Shown one piece after another: positions 12,652 through 25,746 of a stretch of DNA of 64,000 nucleotides. The notes under the pieces are model-generated. The model did not search any database and was not told where the DNA came from. It saw only the letters and a list, made by a program, of their open reading frames with translations. Origin of the DNA: Lama guanicoe. Its lineage: Eukaryota. The position numbers and the translations under genes were made by a program. The stretch lies in NCBI GenBank assembly GCA_013239625.1, contig MU053881.1:14748373-14812372 (forward strand), given 5' to 3'. Position 1 is the first letter of the stretch, and every line of letters starts with the position of its first letter.

Positions 12652-14764
12652 GTAAGGAAAGTAACAAGTTTCTATTTGTTGTGATTGTTTTTCATGTTTT
12701 ATAATGTCTCTCATTCGCTTTGAGATTTGTACATTGAAGTTCTTTACCCAGCTGAAACAAATCAGAATTTTAGTAGAAAACTCACAGTGACCAGTATACC
12801 CATCTGCCATTCATTCTATAAGCATGTATTAGGAATCTTCTGTCTGCCACAGAAGTCCATAGGCTTTCCAGGTCACAGACTGTGACTGGGAATCTGATGA
12901 AAAGCTATGGTCCTTGCCAGAGAAGATGCACATGTGTTTGTGCACAGTTTTACTTGCACTTTCTGGGGTGTTTGTACCATCGTGTAGCCAAGGTTAAGAA
13001 GGTTATTCTAATAGCACCCTTTTCCCTCCCTTCCCCCACCCCCACCAAGGTTTTACTGGAAGGGAGAGTAAATGCTGGACACTGTCTCTAATGATTCCCT
13101 AGGCTTGTGAGGGAAGGAAATCACAAAACCCAGTCCAGCCTGGCCTGGGGAGTCAAGGAGGCCATGTTTGAGCTGTTTTGAGGGACAGGCAGAAATCAGC
13201 TAGATTGATCCAGGTTGTGGAGGCACATTTTCATTCACTCACTTTTCTAGACTGGCTGGAGACTGAGAGATACTTAGGTATACCTGGTAACCTGCAGTTA
13301 ACCAGTTGGCTTATTGGGAAGGGGAAAGGCCAAGAAGAAGGTAATAGAAATAGAAACGACTGGCTGTTTGGTGTCCCTTTTCTCTCCCTCTTAGATCCCT
13401 GGATGTTCTCACAGCCCAGACATCCTAGAGGTTAAGAGTATACATAGTGGCCATGTGGCCTGTGAGGAAGTGCCTTTTCCCCCGATAGAGTTTTCAGCTT
13501 CCACTGCCCCAGCCAAGTGGGGGAGTCTCATTTTTCCTTGAATCTCTTCAATCCTCTGCACCCTAGTGGAGCCCTGACTGTAGCAGGCAGAGTAGGTCCT
13601 GCCATGGATAGGCAGCAACACCTACTCCCAGAAAGGGAGCTTTCCAGGAGGGGGCTCAGGGCTGAAGCAGGACCGTCTTCCCCACACCCCCAAAGTAGTG
13701 TGGTGGAAAGTCAGTATAACAATGATACTGAAGAACTTTGTAAGAAGGACAGAAAAGTCCCCCATAACCTGAAGTTGCCCACCACCATCCCCTGGTTGTG
13801 TTGCTATGCAGGCCTGCCTGTAGCTGCAGTCTTGTCATACTTTTCTGTATTTCTACAGCATTTGCTGCGTCATGATTTGATTTAATGTAAATTTACCTCA
13901 CCTCTCCCTTGATGTTGGCTTCATGCTGCTTTTTACTAGAGGCTTCTGAGGCTGAGCAGAGCTGGGTTCTCATGTAATTGGCATCTGCAAGCCTTGACTC
14001 TTTGTCTGGTCAGCAGGTAGATGGCACCAGTGTCCATCTTTTATGGGCACTGCCCTACCACTACTTACATTTCTGTTAGAGATGCTGAGATGACATCTTT
14101 GGTTGAATTTATTATTACTATTATTTTCACTAAAATTAAAAAAAAATCCTCTTTTAAAGGAGGTGTTCTCAGAATAATTGTTGCGTCAAAGCTAGGACCT
14201 ACTTTATGACTGTGGTCATCTCTAGAGATGGTTGCAGTGATCCACAAAATTTCATTGTCTTTGAAAGCTTCTGACTTTGAACCTCTTATTCTTTTTAGAA
14301 TCATGTAAAAATAGCAGTTCTATAAAATGAGATCCAGTAACAAAAAAAGGAAAGCAGTTTCAGAGGGGAGATAACATTATAGTTGAAGGATTGACTTATC
14401 CTGTGTTAAAAACTCATACTGATGTTTAAAATACCATTCCACAGAACAAACTGGGAAACCTCTCCAGTTCAAGGGTGATTTTTATTGAATGAATGAATAA
14501 ATAGACCATCTGTGCTAGTAAAACTAGCAAATATCAGAAAACCTAAACAATCTTAGTATTAGAGAATATAATGCACTTCTATGTTGGCTGGTGACATTGT
14601 AAATTACAAGTCATATTGGAGGAAATACACACTTTAAAAAATGTTTTCATACATTCAGCAGGTATTTTCTGTCAACGCTTACCTTGGGACCATTGACTTT
14701 TTTAATTGGGAAGGGTTTTTTTTTTGTAAATTTATGTGTATTTTCTGATTACAAAACACATGTG

Positions 14765-14900
14765 TGGGGGGGTAGAGGGTGGGAAGGGATAGAATGGGAT
14801 TTCAAAATTGTAGAATAGATAAACAAGATTACACTGTATAGCACAGGGAAATACACACAAAATGTTATGATAAATCACAGAGAAAAAAATGTGAAAAAAA
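14765..14900 (+). mobile_element. Short L1 3' fragment
   Basis: gggaagggata, ataaacaag and ctgtatagcacagggaa motifs with an A-rich end. Confidence 0.6.
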
Positions 14901-15109
14901 ATGTGTGTTTATTTTTTATAGATAAAGCACACAAAAAAAATGAAATCCCTGATAAATCTACCACCCATAGATAATCTCTGTTAACTTTCTGGTATATTTC
15001 CTTCTAATCTTTTTGCTATGTGTCTATATTTATGTATCTTTTCTTTCTTCTTTCGTATTGGAAATCACAACCTAGTATACTTTTTACATATTTTATACCT
15101 AGATACCTT

Positions 15110-15285
15110 TTTTTAATTAAAGTATAGTTGACTTAAAATGCTGTGTTAGTTTCTGGAACACAGCACAGTGATTCAGCTACATATATGTACATTCTCCTTC
15201 ATATTCTTTTTCACTAGAGGTCACCACAGGTATTGAATATAGTTCCCTGTGCTACATAGTAGGACCTTGCTATTTATCTATTTTA
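15110..15285 (-). mobile_element. Truncated L1 3' end with target-site duplication
   Basis: aagtatagttgact..gaatatagttccctgtgcta, flanked by acctagatac on both sides. Confidence 0.7.
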
Positions 15286-15670
15286 CCTAGATACATTTTA
15301 TCTTTCTATTTTCCCCTTAATATTGTGAACATTCAAGTTGAACTATATGCAAAAGGTGGTACGGAGTTGCTACACACCATTTCCTTCTATAGACTAGACT
15401 GTGTATATATTGCTCTGCTCAGTCACTGTAACTTTGTGACTGTTTCTCTCCTAGTGATTATGCTGTTACAGCTTTTGAGAGGATAGTTTGCATATTGGTT
15501 TCTAGAATAACAGGCCCTTTTCCTCCTTTGAATGCTTGTCTCTTGGGAATGAGGATTTCAGCTGCTGGTGCCTGCTTAGGTTCTATCCTAAGCCCCTGAT
15601 GCTGTCCTGGGTTTCCCAGGCCCTGTGTGGTCAAGTGTGTTTCTCAGAAAAGCCTTTCTATATGTTCCAG

Positions 15671-15791
15671 TGGTCCCCCAGCGAGCAGATCACAAGGTGG
15701 TGGACACCATTGACCAGCTGGTCACACGAGTCGTTGGAGGCAGCCTGTCTCCCAAAGAGAGAGCTCTTCTTAAGGAGGACCCTGCTTACTG
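15671..15791 (+). CDS. SUGP2: SUGP2 coding exon 3 (start of SURP motif 1)
   Basis: ttccag| VPQRADHKVVDTIDQLV...KEDPAY TG|GTATTT. Phases fit both neighbours. Confidence 0.93.
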
Positions 15792-17267
15792 GTATTTATT
15801 TATTTGTTTGTTTGTTTATTATTTTTTTGAGAATAAATTTGTACGTTTATGTAGGTTGTATAAACAGTAACATCCCCAAGTGTATCGATTTCTTCTGATG
15901 TGTAACTTAGACTCCTGGTTTGGTACAGCCCTTCAGACATCCATTGAAAAGACAGTTTTTCCTTGTACGTTAAATACTGGGTCTCTCCATATCGTTTTAT
16001 ACCTCCATTCCTCACTGATTGATACAGTTTTTCAGTTGACACTGTTCCTTTTTCCCAAGGGATTCCTGAGCACTTCTGATAGTTGATGTTGCTCTTCTCA
16101 ATCCCTCCCATAAAGTGCACAGCAATGTTTTGTGTTGCTGTGATGATGTCTAGAGCTGAGGGTGAGAATGCTTATTTTGAGTGGTGGTGTCAGTCAGTGG
16201 GGAGTGCATAAGGATGGGTCAGATTCACATGGGTTCAACCTCCAGCCCTGCTGCTGACTTGCCCTGTGGCTTCTTGTGCGGGTGTGGAGCTCCTTGTCCC
16301 TGCTGTGCTGGTTTGAGGATGACATGAGAGGTGCATGCAAAGAGCAAGTGTAAGATGAGGAATATGTCACAGCGGTTGTGATTTCTTGCTACTATTGGCT
16401 AAACTGTCTTTTCCTTTTGCCTTATTGTCTCTTCACCTGAACAGAACAACTTTTTAAAATTAAAGTTTTCACCATAAATATAGTACTTGCTTATTAGAGA
16501 AAGTAAAGAAGAACAGAAAGTTGGGGGAAGCCACCCATGTGCCTAGTAATGTCCGTTGACATTTTGGGGTGTTTGTTTCTAGTCATTCTGCTCATTAGGG
16601 ACTGCTTGGTTTTTAACATAGTTGTGTTACATGTGTAACATAGCTGTGATACAATATACCCTGCTTCTTTTAGATAATAGGAAAATGCTCATATTCTCTA
16701 TTCTTTGTAAACATTTCAGGTGGCTGCATTTACTGATCCATAGAATAGGTGATCAGTTTATTTAGCCATTCCTCTCTTGTTGGTCTTTGGGAATGTTTTT
16801 GATTGTACACTATTTAAAATATTTTTTCTTAGAATAGCTTAATGTGTCACACTTTCATGTGTGTTTAGGATTATCTCTAGATTAGATTGATGGAAGTGGA
16901 AAAGTTTTATGCTTTGTTAACTTAAAAAAAAAGATCAAAGGGGCATATGCCATTTGTAAAAATAGAGAATAGTAAAAAGGCAAAGATGGAGTTACTCAGA
17001 ACTCTCCCATTTTTTTCCCTACAGTGTGTGCTCAGTTGTTGTGTCCTATTTTAAACTTAATATAATTGTCCTTATTATCGCCGAGTGTGTACTATTCCTT
17101 CATACACGGTACCCTACACTTAACCACTGCTGATTGGTGGATTTTTACATTCTAATAACATGATGAACAAAGTTTTGCTTTTATTTCTGTCAGTTTATTA
17201 CAGTAATATCTGGGAATGAAATTGTTGGTTTAAAAGCAAAGCTCGCTTTAGAGGCATTTGATCTGTC

Positions 17268-17460
17268 TGTTTCTCAGCTGCAGCTTTATTGACATTTGAG
17301 GCTGGATAATTCTCTGTGGTGGGAACTGTCGTGGGCATCCTTGGCTTCCACCCACTGGATGCCAGTAGAACCCTCCATCCCAGCTGTGACAGTCAAAAAT
17401 ACCTTCAGACATTGCCCAGTGTCCCCTGGGGGACTGAGTTGCTCCTGGTGGAGACCACTG
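17268..17460. mobile_element. MER20-like hAT DNA transposon fossil
   Basis: ttgacatttgaggctggataattct, cccactggatgccagtag and cagacattgcc..tgtcccctgggg motifs. Confidence 0.8.
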
Positions 17461-18869
17461 GTCTTTATCATCAGGTTCCTTTCCATGCGTTATTTGTCCC
17501 AGTTGACACTCTCACTGCCGCTCCATACATGTTCCGTGCCCTCACAGGAGTGTTTTGACTTAAAAATAGTTTCATAGTGTGATGTTTTACCTTATGTTCT
17601 TTTGTTAATTAAAGAGACTATGTGTTTACTCATAGAACTTGTAGTTGTAGTTCCTCTTTTTGAGTGGTCTGTTCAGGTCTGATGTAGTCAACATTGTACC
17701 CATACCAAATAGTCTTGCTGTTGTAATTACTAAAGGTGCTTGAAAGGTATAAATTTCTGTGTAATGGTACCAGGGCTTTGGTCCTAACCAGCATGATTTA
17801 CCAGGAGAAGAGTTGGAACTTGTTATGGTTTTATTTTTGCAGAATTCTGGAATTCATCTAGATTATGTTCATGTATTGAATAAGATAAGCATGTAACTTA
17901 GAAATTTAAAAAAAAAAACAAACACCAATAACCTAATTGCTCCAGTATCATTTACTGAATACTTTTTTTGTCTTTGTATATGTATTTTTTTATTGAAGTA
18001 TAGGCAGTTTACAATGTTGTGTCAGTTTCTGGTGTACAGCATAATGCTTCAGTCATACATGAACATATGTGTATTCATTTTTATTGAATACTTTTATTTA
18101 GCAAATACTTTTGTTTTCTGTGCCTGTAGTACCATTTTAAGCAGTTTACTGATTGAAGCTGTCTGAACCCTCATAAACAACCTTTTGGGGTAGATATGTT
18201 GTCATCCTTATTTTACAGACAAAACTTGCTCAAAAGAGGTCTCTTGCCTCAAGGATACACAGCTAATAAAGGACAGAGCTGAGATTCACATTCAGGCTCT
18301 GTGGGCTTAACCAGTGCTCATGCTGAAGAAAGGAAGCTAGATAGCCTCAGATTGACAGATGAAAGCAGAAACCAAATCCTCTGGGTATGATGTCATCTAG
18401 ACTTGGAAGACCCAGGGGCAATTTCCAGGTGATTGCTGAGATGATTGGGCTAAAGGGGAAGCAGATCCTGAGAGGACTGGGGGCATGTGCCTCTGCCCCA
18501 TGACCACTGCACACTAGCCAGCAGGCTTATGATCACTGACAGCCAGGGGTGGCAAACAGAACCATAGCCAGAGTCAGGTGTGTGTGTGTGGTGGTGGTGG
18601 TGGTGGTGGGAGGGGTGTACAAATCAGAATAAGCATTGAGCTAAAAACCAAGTATTTGAGGAAAATCAGCATTATGAAGGAGGATCATCAAACTCAATAG
18701 AGCTGACACCTAAGAAGACAGAGTTACTATAAGAAAAAGAAGATTGTCTAAAAATGCATATATGTAACTAATAGTTTTAAATGGAAAATAATATATTGTA
18801 TCCATGAAACAGGAACTGCTTGTTATGGAAAAGAACCAATTAAGGATCTTGAAATGAAAAATCTCATTT

Positions 18870-19046
18870 TTAAAAAATTTTATTTGTTAATATTTTATTT
18901 ATTTATTGTTTTATTTAATTATTTTATTTTGGTGGGGGGTGGTAATTAAGCTTATTTATTTTTTTTCGAGGAGGTACTGGGGATTGAACCCAGGACCTCA
19001 TGTATGCTAAGCATGCACTATACCACTTGAGTTATACCCTCCCTGC
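18870..19046 (-). mobile_element. Vic-1-like SINE with target-site duplication
   Basis: tRNA-like head plus a ggtaatta tail segment, flanked by aaaaatctcatt. Confidence 0.85.
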
Positions 19047-19479
19047 CAAAAAAAAAATCTCATTGTTGAATTAAAAATCTCAGTTGTTAGCTAGTAGAAT
19101 AGACCTGGTTGAAGAATAAATTAGGGGGCTAAACTTTGAGCATTGATCACTTGTGAACTCCTTCAGGAGATATTACCCCGAGACCATAAGGAGAAAGAAT
19201 GTGATCCAAAAAAAAACCAATGTTAAGAAACTAGTAAACTTAGGTTTTTGGTGTGTATGTTTGAACTCTTAAGTCAAAGTAGTACTTGTTTGTGATTCCC
19301 CCCCGCCAAATCAGTTAAACTAATCACAAAGGCAAATAATTATACCATAATCCATTCCCATACCAATTCCACTCCTTGGAGGCAGTCACTGTTAATTCCT
19401 TAAGCTGCTTTTAATAGTTACCTCTGTATCTCTAGAAATGATAAGCCTGTTACCTTTTCTTGATCTATCAGGTTTTTTT

Positions 19480-20000
19480 TTAAATGTATAGTCTGAGTTT
19501 TTTTTTGTTGATTGAAGTATAGTTGATTTACAGTGTTGTGTTAATTTCTCATGTAGTGATTCAGTTATACAAATATATACATGTGTATATTCTTTTTCAT
19601 TATGGGTTATTTTAAGATACTGAATTTAGTTCTCTGTTATACATTAAGACCTTGTTGTTTATCTGTTTTATATATAGTAGTTTGTATCTGCCAGTCCCAG
19701 ACTCCTAGTTTATACCTACCCCTCCTCCTTGGTAACCTTATGTTTATTTTCTATGTCTGTGAGTTTCTTTCTGTTTCATAAATAAGTTCATTTGCATAAT
19801 TTTTTAAGATTCCACATGTAAATGATAACATGATATTTGTCTTTCTCTGACTTACTTCACTTAGTATGATAATCTCTAGGTCCATCCATGTTGCTCCAGA
19901 TGGCAGTTTCATTCTTTTTTATGGCTGATTAATATTCCATTACACTTGTGTGCACATGTGTGTGTAAACACACAGTCATCTGTCAGTAGACGTTTAGGTT
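19480..20000 (-). mobile_element. L1 3' end
   Basis: attgaagtatagttgatttac...aggtccatccatgttgc, with flanks tgatcta(t/c)cag. Confidence 0.8.
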
Positions 20001-21114
20001 GCTGATCTACCAGTTTTATGCATTAGTGTTGACACCCTATGAAGATAGATGGGGATTTAGCTTACTTTCCTCCCCAGTGTTTGAGGAATTCTGTCATCGA
20101 TCAGGAGATTCCCAACTCGAAAATAGGGTTTTGTTTTGTTTTTTAATAATAGTTTCTTTTTATTAGTTAGGACAGACCTCAGGAAGCAGATGTAAGAAGG
20201 GTTTCTATTATTTCCACCCTCCAAGGTCCAGCAGGAATTTGTGACTCCCTCTCCCCACGAGGAGGGGCGAACTTAGGTTTGTTCACAGCCTCACAGCCAA
20301 GCCTTGCGAGCAGAACTGACTGCTGCCTCTTGCCGAAGAGGCCTGCCTCTCTGGTGCACTAGCATGTCCATAGTACAGACAGATACCACACAAACTTTGT
20401 TTCCTCATCTGGAGCACCAAGAAGTAGACATCCTCCGCTTTCTATGAGAGACATTGTGGAGCAACAAGCCTCTAGGATGGTCCCAACAATGCAAGAGTAG
20501 AGCTGAAGGAACATGTTATGCTTCGTTTTCTCGCATCTTCTAGATTGTCCCTGGGATTGGAATGACCCTTACCTTTCCTGGACTATGCACTCCAGAGACA
20601 GCCCACTAGGTCCACGTGTTTATAGACTCAGAAAGAAATAGGTGGCCAAGAATCTTGTTTAGCCTCAGCAAGGTTGTCCAAGGGCCCCAAAGGGAACACA
20701 AAAATCTAAATAATTGATGCTTGGGGGAAAAAACCCTAAAATCCCACATTATCTAAATATTAAATATGCAAGGGGAAGAAGGGAAGTGGATGCTAGGGCT
20801 CTTGGCTTGTTTAGAATAAGGATACAGCTGGTGAGTAACTCTGGACAGTAACAGAAAATAAGAGCTTAAATGTTTATTCCCATTAAAGGCATAGAAATGG
20901 GATTTAGAACTTCCCTACTAGTATAAAAGGGTGAGGAAAGCAAAAGGTACTCAGTCTAATGAAAAGCCAAAAAAGAAAAAAAAAAAAAGAAGAGAAAAGA
21001 GAAGCAGATAGGAAACAAGAGTTTAAATTTATTCAGCCTTACTAGGATTACACAAGTTTCTGCCGGTTGATGCTGCCTTTATTAGCCAGAGACTCAAGTT
21101 TGAAAGCAGCAGCT

Positions 21115-21847
21115 GTTGGAGAGGGTGTGGGGAAAGGGAACCCTCTTACACTGTTGGTGGGAATGTAGTTTGGTGGAGCCACTATGGAAAACAGTATGGG
21201 CATTCCTTAAAAAATTGAAAATAGATGTACCCTATGATCCAGCAGTACCATTCCTGGGCATATATCCAGAGGAAACTCTAATTCAAAAAGATACGTGCAC
21301 CCCACTGTTCATAGCATCACCATGTACAAAAGCCAAAACATGGAAACAACTTAAAAGTCTATTGACAGATAAAGAAGTTATGATATGTTTATACAATGGA
21401 CTCCTACTCAGCCCTTAAAAAGAATAAAATAATGCCATTTACAACAACATGAATAGACCTAGAGATTATTACACTAAGTGAAGTAAGCCAGAAAGAGAAA
21501 CAAAAATACCATGTGGTATCACTTATATGTGGACTCTAAAAAAAGGACATAAATGAACTTATTTACAAAACAGAGACAGACTCACAGTCATAGAAAACAA
21601 ACTTATGGTTACTGGGGGAAAAGGGGATGGGGGGATAAATTGAGAGTTTGGGATTTGCAGATACTAACTACTATATACAAAACAGATAACAAGACTCTAC
21701 TATACAGCATAGGGAACTATATTCAATGCCTTGTAATAGCTATAATGAAAAAAATACGAAAAGGAATATATATATATGTATCTGTAACTGAATCACTATA
21801 CAGTACACCAGAAATAAACACAACATTGTAGATCAATCAATCAATAA
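21115..21847 (+). mobile_element. 5'-truncated L1 (end of ORF2 and 3' UTR)
   Basis: [21 protein letters not shown], the ORF2 C-terminal motif. (TCAA)n tail and flanking agcagcagct duplication. Confidence 0.9.
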
Positions 21848-24094
21848 GAGCAGCAGCTCTTAGTTCCTCATCAGAGTCACTTAAAACACAGGGAGTGAAA
21901 CATAAAGATGGAAGACAATATACCAAGCAAATGCTACTGAAGAGAAAGGAGATATGGAAATGTTACTTCAGACAAAACAGAAAAACATTCAAAGGGGCAA
22001 AAAGAGGTTACTGACAAGGGAAAGTCATCATGAGCTACAATGGTTGGGAATCTCACTGCTGGAACCACACGTGGCTATGAGCTATGTAAACATTTGGAAG
22101 TATAAGAGGAACTGGAAATCTTTACTGTGGTAGGAGACTTGAATGTACTTTCCCTGAAATGGGTAGATGTCATCCAAATAAAAGTGTGGAAAATTTAGAA
22201 TACAGAGAATGATCATAAATGAATAGAGATGATGTACTAATCATTGTTGAACAGGCAGTATTCAAAGCATTTTCCTTAAAATGAAAAGTATATAACTCAA
22301 GCCTCACAAGTAGGTTATTATTATTATCTGTCCCTTACAGGTGAAGAAACTGAGGCATAGAAAAATTCATAAATCTCACAGCTAGTAAGTGGCTACACTG
22401 GGATTTGAACCTGGCAGACTAGCTTGGGAGTATTCTGTGCTCTTGATGTGCTCCATTAGAACTGGGGGAGATGGATTTGTGACTCATGTTCTCAGACTGC
22501 ACTTGGCATCAGAACCATCCAGGGGAAAGGGACTTACATTGTGGGATCCAGGTCACCTGGGCACTGACTGTGCTTTCTGCCCTGGATGAGGAGTGGCCTT
22601 GCTGCGGCTGCGTTTGACTTGAGAACCATGTGTTGATCAGCTTTCCCTTATGTGGGAACCCTTGCTTGTTAGGGTTCAATCTTGCAGGATGCTGCTGTTG
22701 GCCAACAGAGTGTCCAGGGCAGTGGAGGAGCCAGCACACAGCCTGTTTCCTCACATCCAGCCAGACCTTAATTGTGCAGAGAGCATCAACAGGAGCTTCA
22801 TATGGAGCTGCTCACCAGGGACATGCTGCATCACATGGTGCTGCCAGCATCCTGCTGTGCACTGCCACCTCGCTTCCAATCAGCTTCTGTTATTGGTAAT
22901 TGGGAACCTCATCTAATGTGATCTCAACATCACAAAAAGCCACATGAAGTATTGCTGTATTCACCAAACAATACTCATTCTTTAACACAGACTGAAAATG
23001 AACATTCACAAAAAACTTGTTATGAATGAGGACATGAAGAGAGTTACATACAGCACATCCCAGGAAAGGAATTACGTGGGCCACTTTATGCAATGCATAA
23101 AAGTTGCAACCAGCAACAGCCAAAATAAAACAGGCTTGTAAATAACTTTTGACTGAAAGAGAATTAGAATTGAAATTAAAAGCTCTTCAGAAGGAAGTAG
23201 CAGGGAGAGCACTGCATATGGAATGTAGCCGCAACAACAGCTGGGGGAAAAGTGCAACCTTGGGTGTGTTTATCAGAAATAGACCGAAGATAAGCATTCA
23301 ACAACTCATGAAGCTAGAAAGAAATGGTGAAAAAAGGCCAGAGACTAGAAGGGAAGAGTTAATAGAGATGAAAGAAGGTGCTAATGAAATGGTCAGCAAA
23401 GTAAATAAAGTGAAAGTCCCTCTCCATGCTCCTTTCTAACCCATTCCTCAGAGCTAATTCTTAAGTTTGCTTTGTATTCTTTCAGCCTATGTGAAAAAGG
23501 CAAATATATGTGTATGTACACAGTGCAGCTTCACATGGTCTGTATCGATGTTGATACTCTTCTATAGCTTGCTCTCCATGCTGTGGATCTCTTTCTATGT
23601 CAGTACTTGTAACTCAAACTCCTTTTTTCTATACTGTTCTCATTGTGACTCTGACATGTGATTTCACAGCAGTGCCACACTGGCCTCAATTCAGTTAAAA
23701 GATCACTGAGTGTCCACCATCTGAAGGGCATCACCTCCCAGAAACAGTGTCCAAGAACAATGCTTGCCACTCCCTAGTAGGACAGTGCTTCCATGGTTCC
23801 AGGTGACTGGTTCGTGAGGCCACCAGGAGCTGCAAGCTCCTTCATGGCTGCTGATGACAGGAATTGAGGAGGAATCGACCAGTGCTCCATCATATCTCCT
23901 GGTTCCCCTGTAGTCACTCTGAGCAGGATGGATGGCCAGGGCCCAGCTCTGGGTACATGTTGGAGCCAGGCAGGGACTCTCCAAAAGCAGGGAGGTCGCC
24001 AAGTACAAAAGGTTTACGGAAATGTATTTACAGCAACAATTTGGTCATGCTGGTGTATTCACAAATGTCCTGCTGTGCGTGTTTTGTTATATAG

Positions 24095-24582
24095 GTTTTT
24101 GTCTGATGATAATAGTCTGGAGTATAAATATTACAAGCTGAAGCTGGCAGAAATGCAGCGGATGAGCCAGACTTTGCCAGGATCGGATCAGAAGCCGATG
24201 GCGGCCGAGTGTGCAGTCCGGGCCATGCTGTATGCCCGGGCAGTTCGGAGCCTCAAGAAGAGGCTCCTCCCGGGTCGGCGGCGGGGGCTGCTTCGAGCTC
24301 AAGGACTCCGGGGCTGGAAGGTGAGGAGAGCAACCACCGGGACCCAGACCCTCCTCTCCTCAGGCACCAGGTTGAAACACCATGGCCGGCAGGCTCCAGG
24401 CTTCTTGCAGGGAAAGCTGCCTCAGCCAGATGGAAATGATGCTGCCAAGGATTGTCCACCAGATCCTGCCAGACCCTCTCCTCGGGACCCCAGCCCAGAA
24501 GCCTCAGATCCATCCCTGAAGCCAGTAGGCGTGGATGTCTCTGAAGCCCCTCAGACTTCCTCTCCCTGCCCGTCTACTGACA
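24095..24582 (+). CDS. SUGP2: SUGP2 coding exon 4
   Basis: atag| FLSDDNSLEYKYYKLKL...SSPCPSTD A|GTGAGT. Confidence 0.95.
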
Positions 24583-25139
24583 GTGAGTTCTCACTCCTTT
24601 CCCCTCCTCTGAGCCCCAGCCCCAACACTGATCAATCTCCAGGGGTCTCTGCTGAGGTGGATGGCTTCAGTGGGCTGGGCTGCACTGGGCTGGGCAGCAG
24701 GCAGTAGTGAAAGGAACCTGGCCAGGGTGGTGCTCACGGAGGCACTCTCCTTGCTTTCTTGAGGGACCAGCCCTAGAATCCCACTGCATGTTTCCTCCTG
24801 CCCTGAGTGTGGAGCTGACATGAGGTGCTGCCCAGTGATTCTGTTCAAGGTCATCCTGTTGGCCAGCAGGGTGTGCCATCTGCCCATGCTTGGGCCTTTG
24901 AGCTCCTTGATCCATTTCTCTATTCTTGCCCATGTATGTTCTGTAAGGCTGCCCTTGTTCTCATTCTGCTTCTTCCCTGCCACGGTCCCTCTGTTTCCCT
25001 TCTCAGGGTTATCTGACCCACATTTTCTTCTGTTTCTCCCAGCCGTTAACTTCTCCTTCCACAACAGGCCTACCCCCTGTCCTGTGCTTTCCATTCAGCA
25101 CTAAGTGGGAATGTAGAGGGAAAGAATCTACCCAACAGC

Positions 25140-25567
25140 TTCATTCTCTAGCGGTTGCTATGTAACGAGCCACTCCAAACTGTGGCTTCAAAGAGGAGGC
25201 ATCCAGTGTTGCTCCGAGTCAGCTGGGCTGGGCCTGCAAATGCATTTGCAGGCAGAGAGTAGTTGCCTGGGACTGCCAGCTGAGGTGATGGGGATGACTG
25301 AGCTACATGCCTGTCACCCTCTAGCAGCCAGATTGTGTTTGTTCACCTGACAGTCAGGATTCAGCATCCTGGAGAGGCAGTGGGGTGCTTGAGGCCTCTG
25401 AAGCCCAGTCTCCACATTTCTGTCCCATTCTCAGCCAGCAAGAGTCCCCGGGCCAGCCCCAGTTCAAGGAGAGAAAAAAGAGTTCACCTCTCCTGGACAG
25501 AGCTGCACAGTCACGTGGCAAAGGGCAAGGCTGCAATGAGGGGCCATCTTTGTAGTCAGTCTCCACA
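25140..25567. mobile_element. MLT1-type (ERVL-MaLR) LTR fossil
   Basis: ttgctatgtaac..ccactccaaact..gtggctt start and gccatcttt....ctccaca end. Confidence 0.55.
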
Positions 25568-25634
25568 GCCCCATAATGTTCACATGGGAATTGACAGCTC
25601 AGAACTGATCCATGACAATTGCTTTGTTTTGTAG

Positions 25635-25746
25635 TTGATGTGAAAACAATGGAGACTGCAGAGAAACTTGCTAAATTTGTTGCTCAGGTGGGACCAGAGA
25701 TTGAACAATTCAGCATAGAAAACAGCACCGATAACCCTGACCTGTG
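25635..25746 (+). CDS. SUGP2: SUGP2 coding exon 5 (SURP motif 2)
   Basis: ttgtag| (I)DVKTMETAEKLAKFVAQVGPEIEQFSIENSTDNPDL TG|GTACGT. Confidence 0.95.

Noticed and set aside
21116..21418. ORFs with HCWWEC..LWKTVW (also at 47682)
   Set aside because: C-terminal remnants of L1 ORF2, not host genes.
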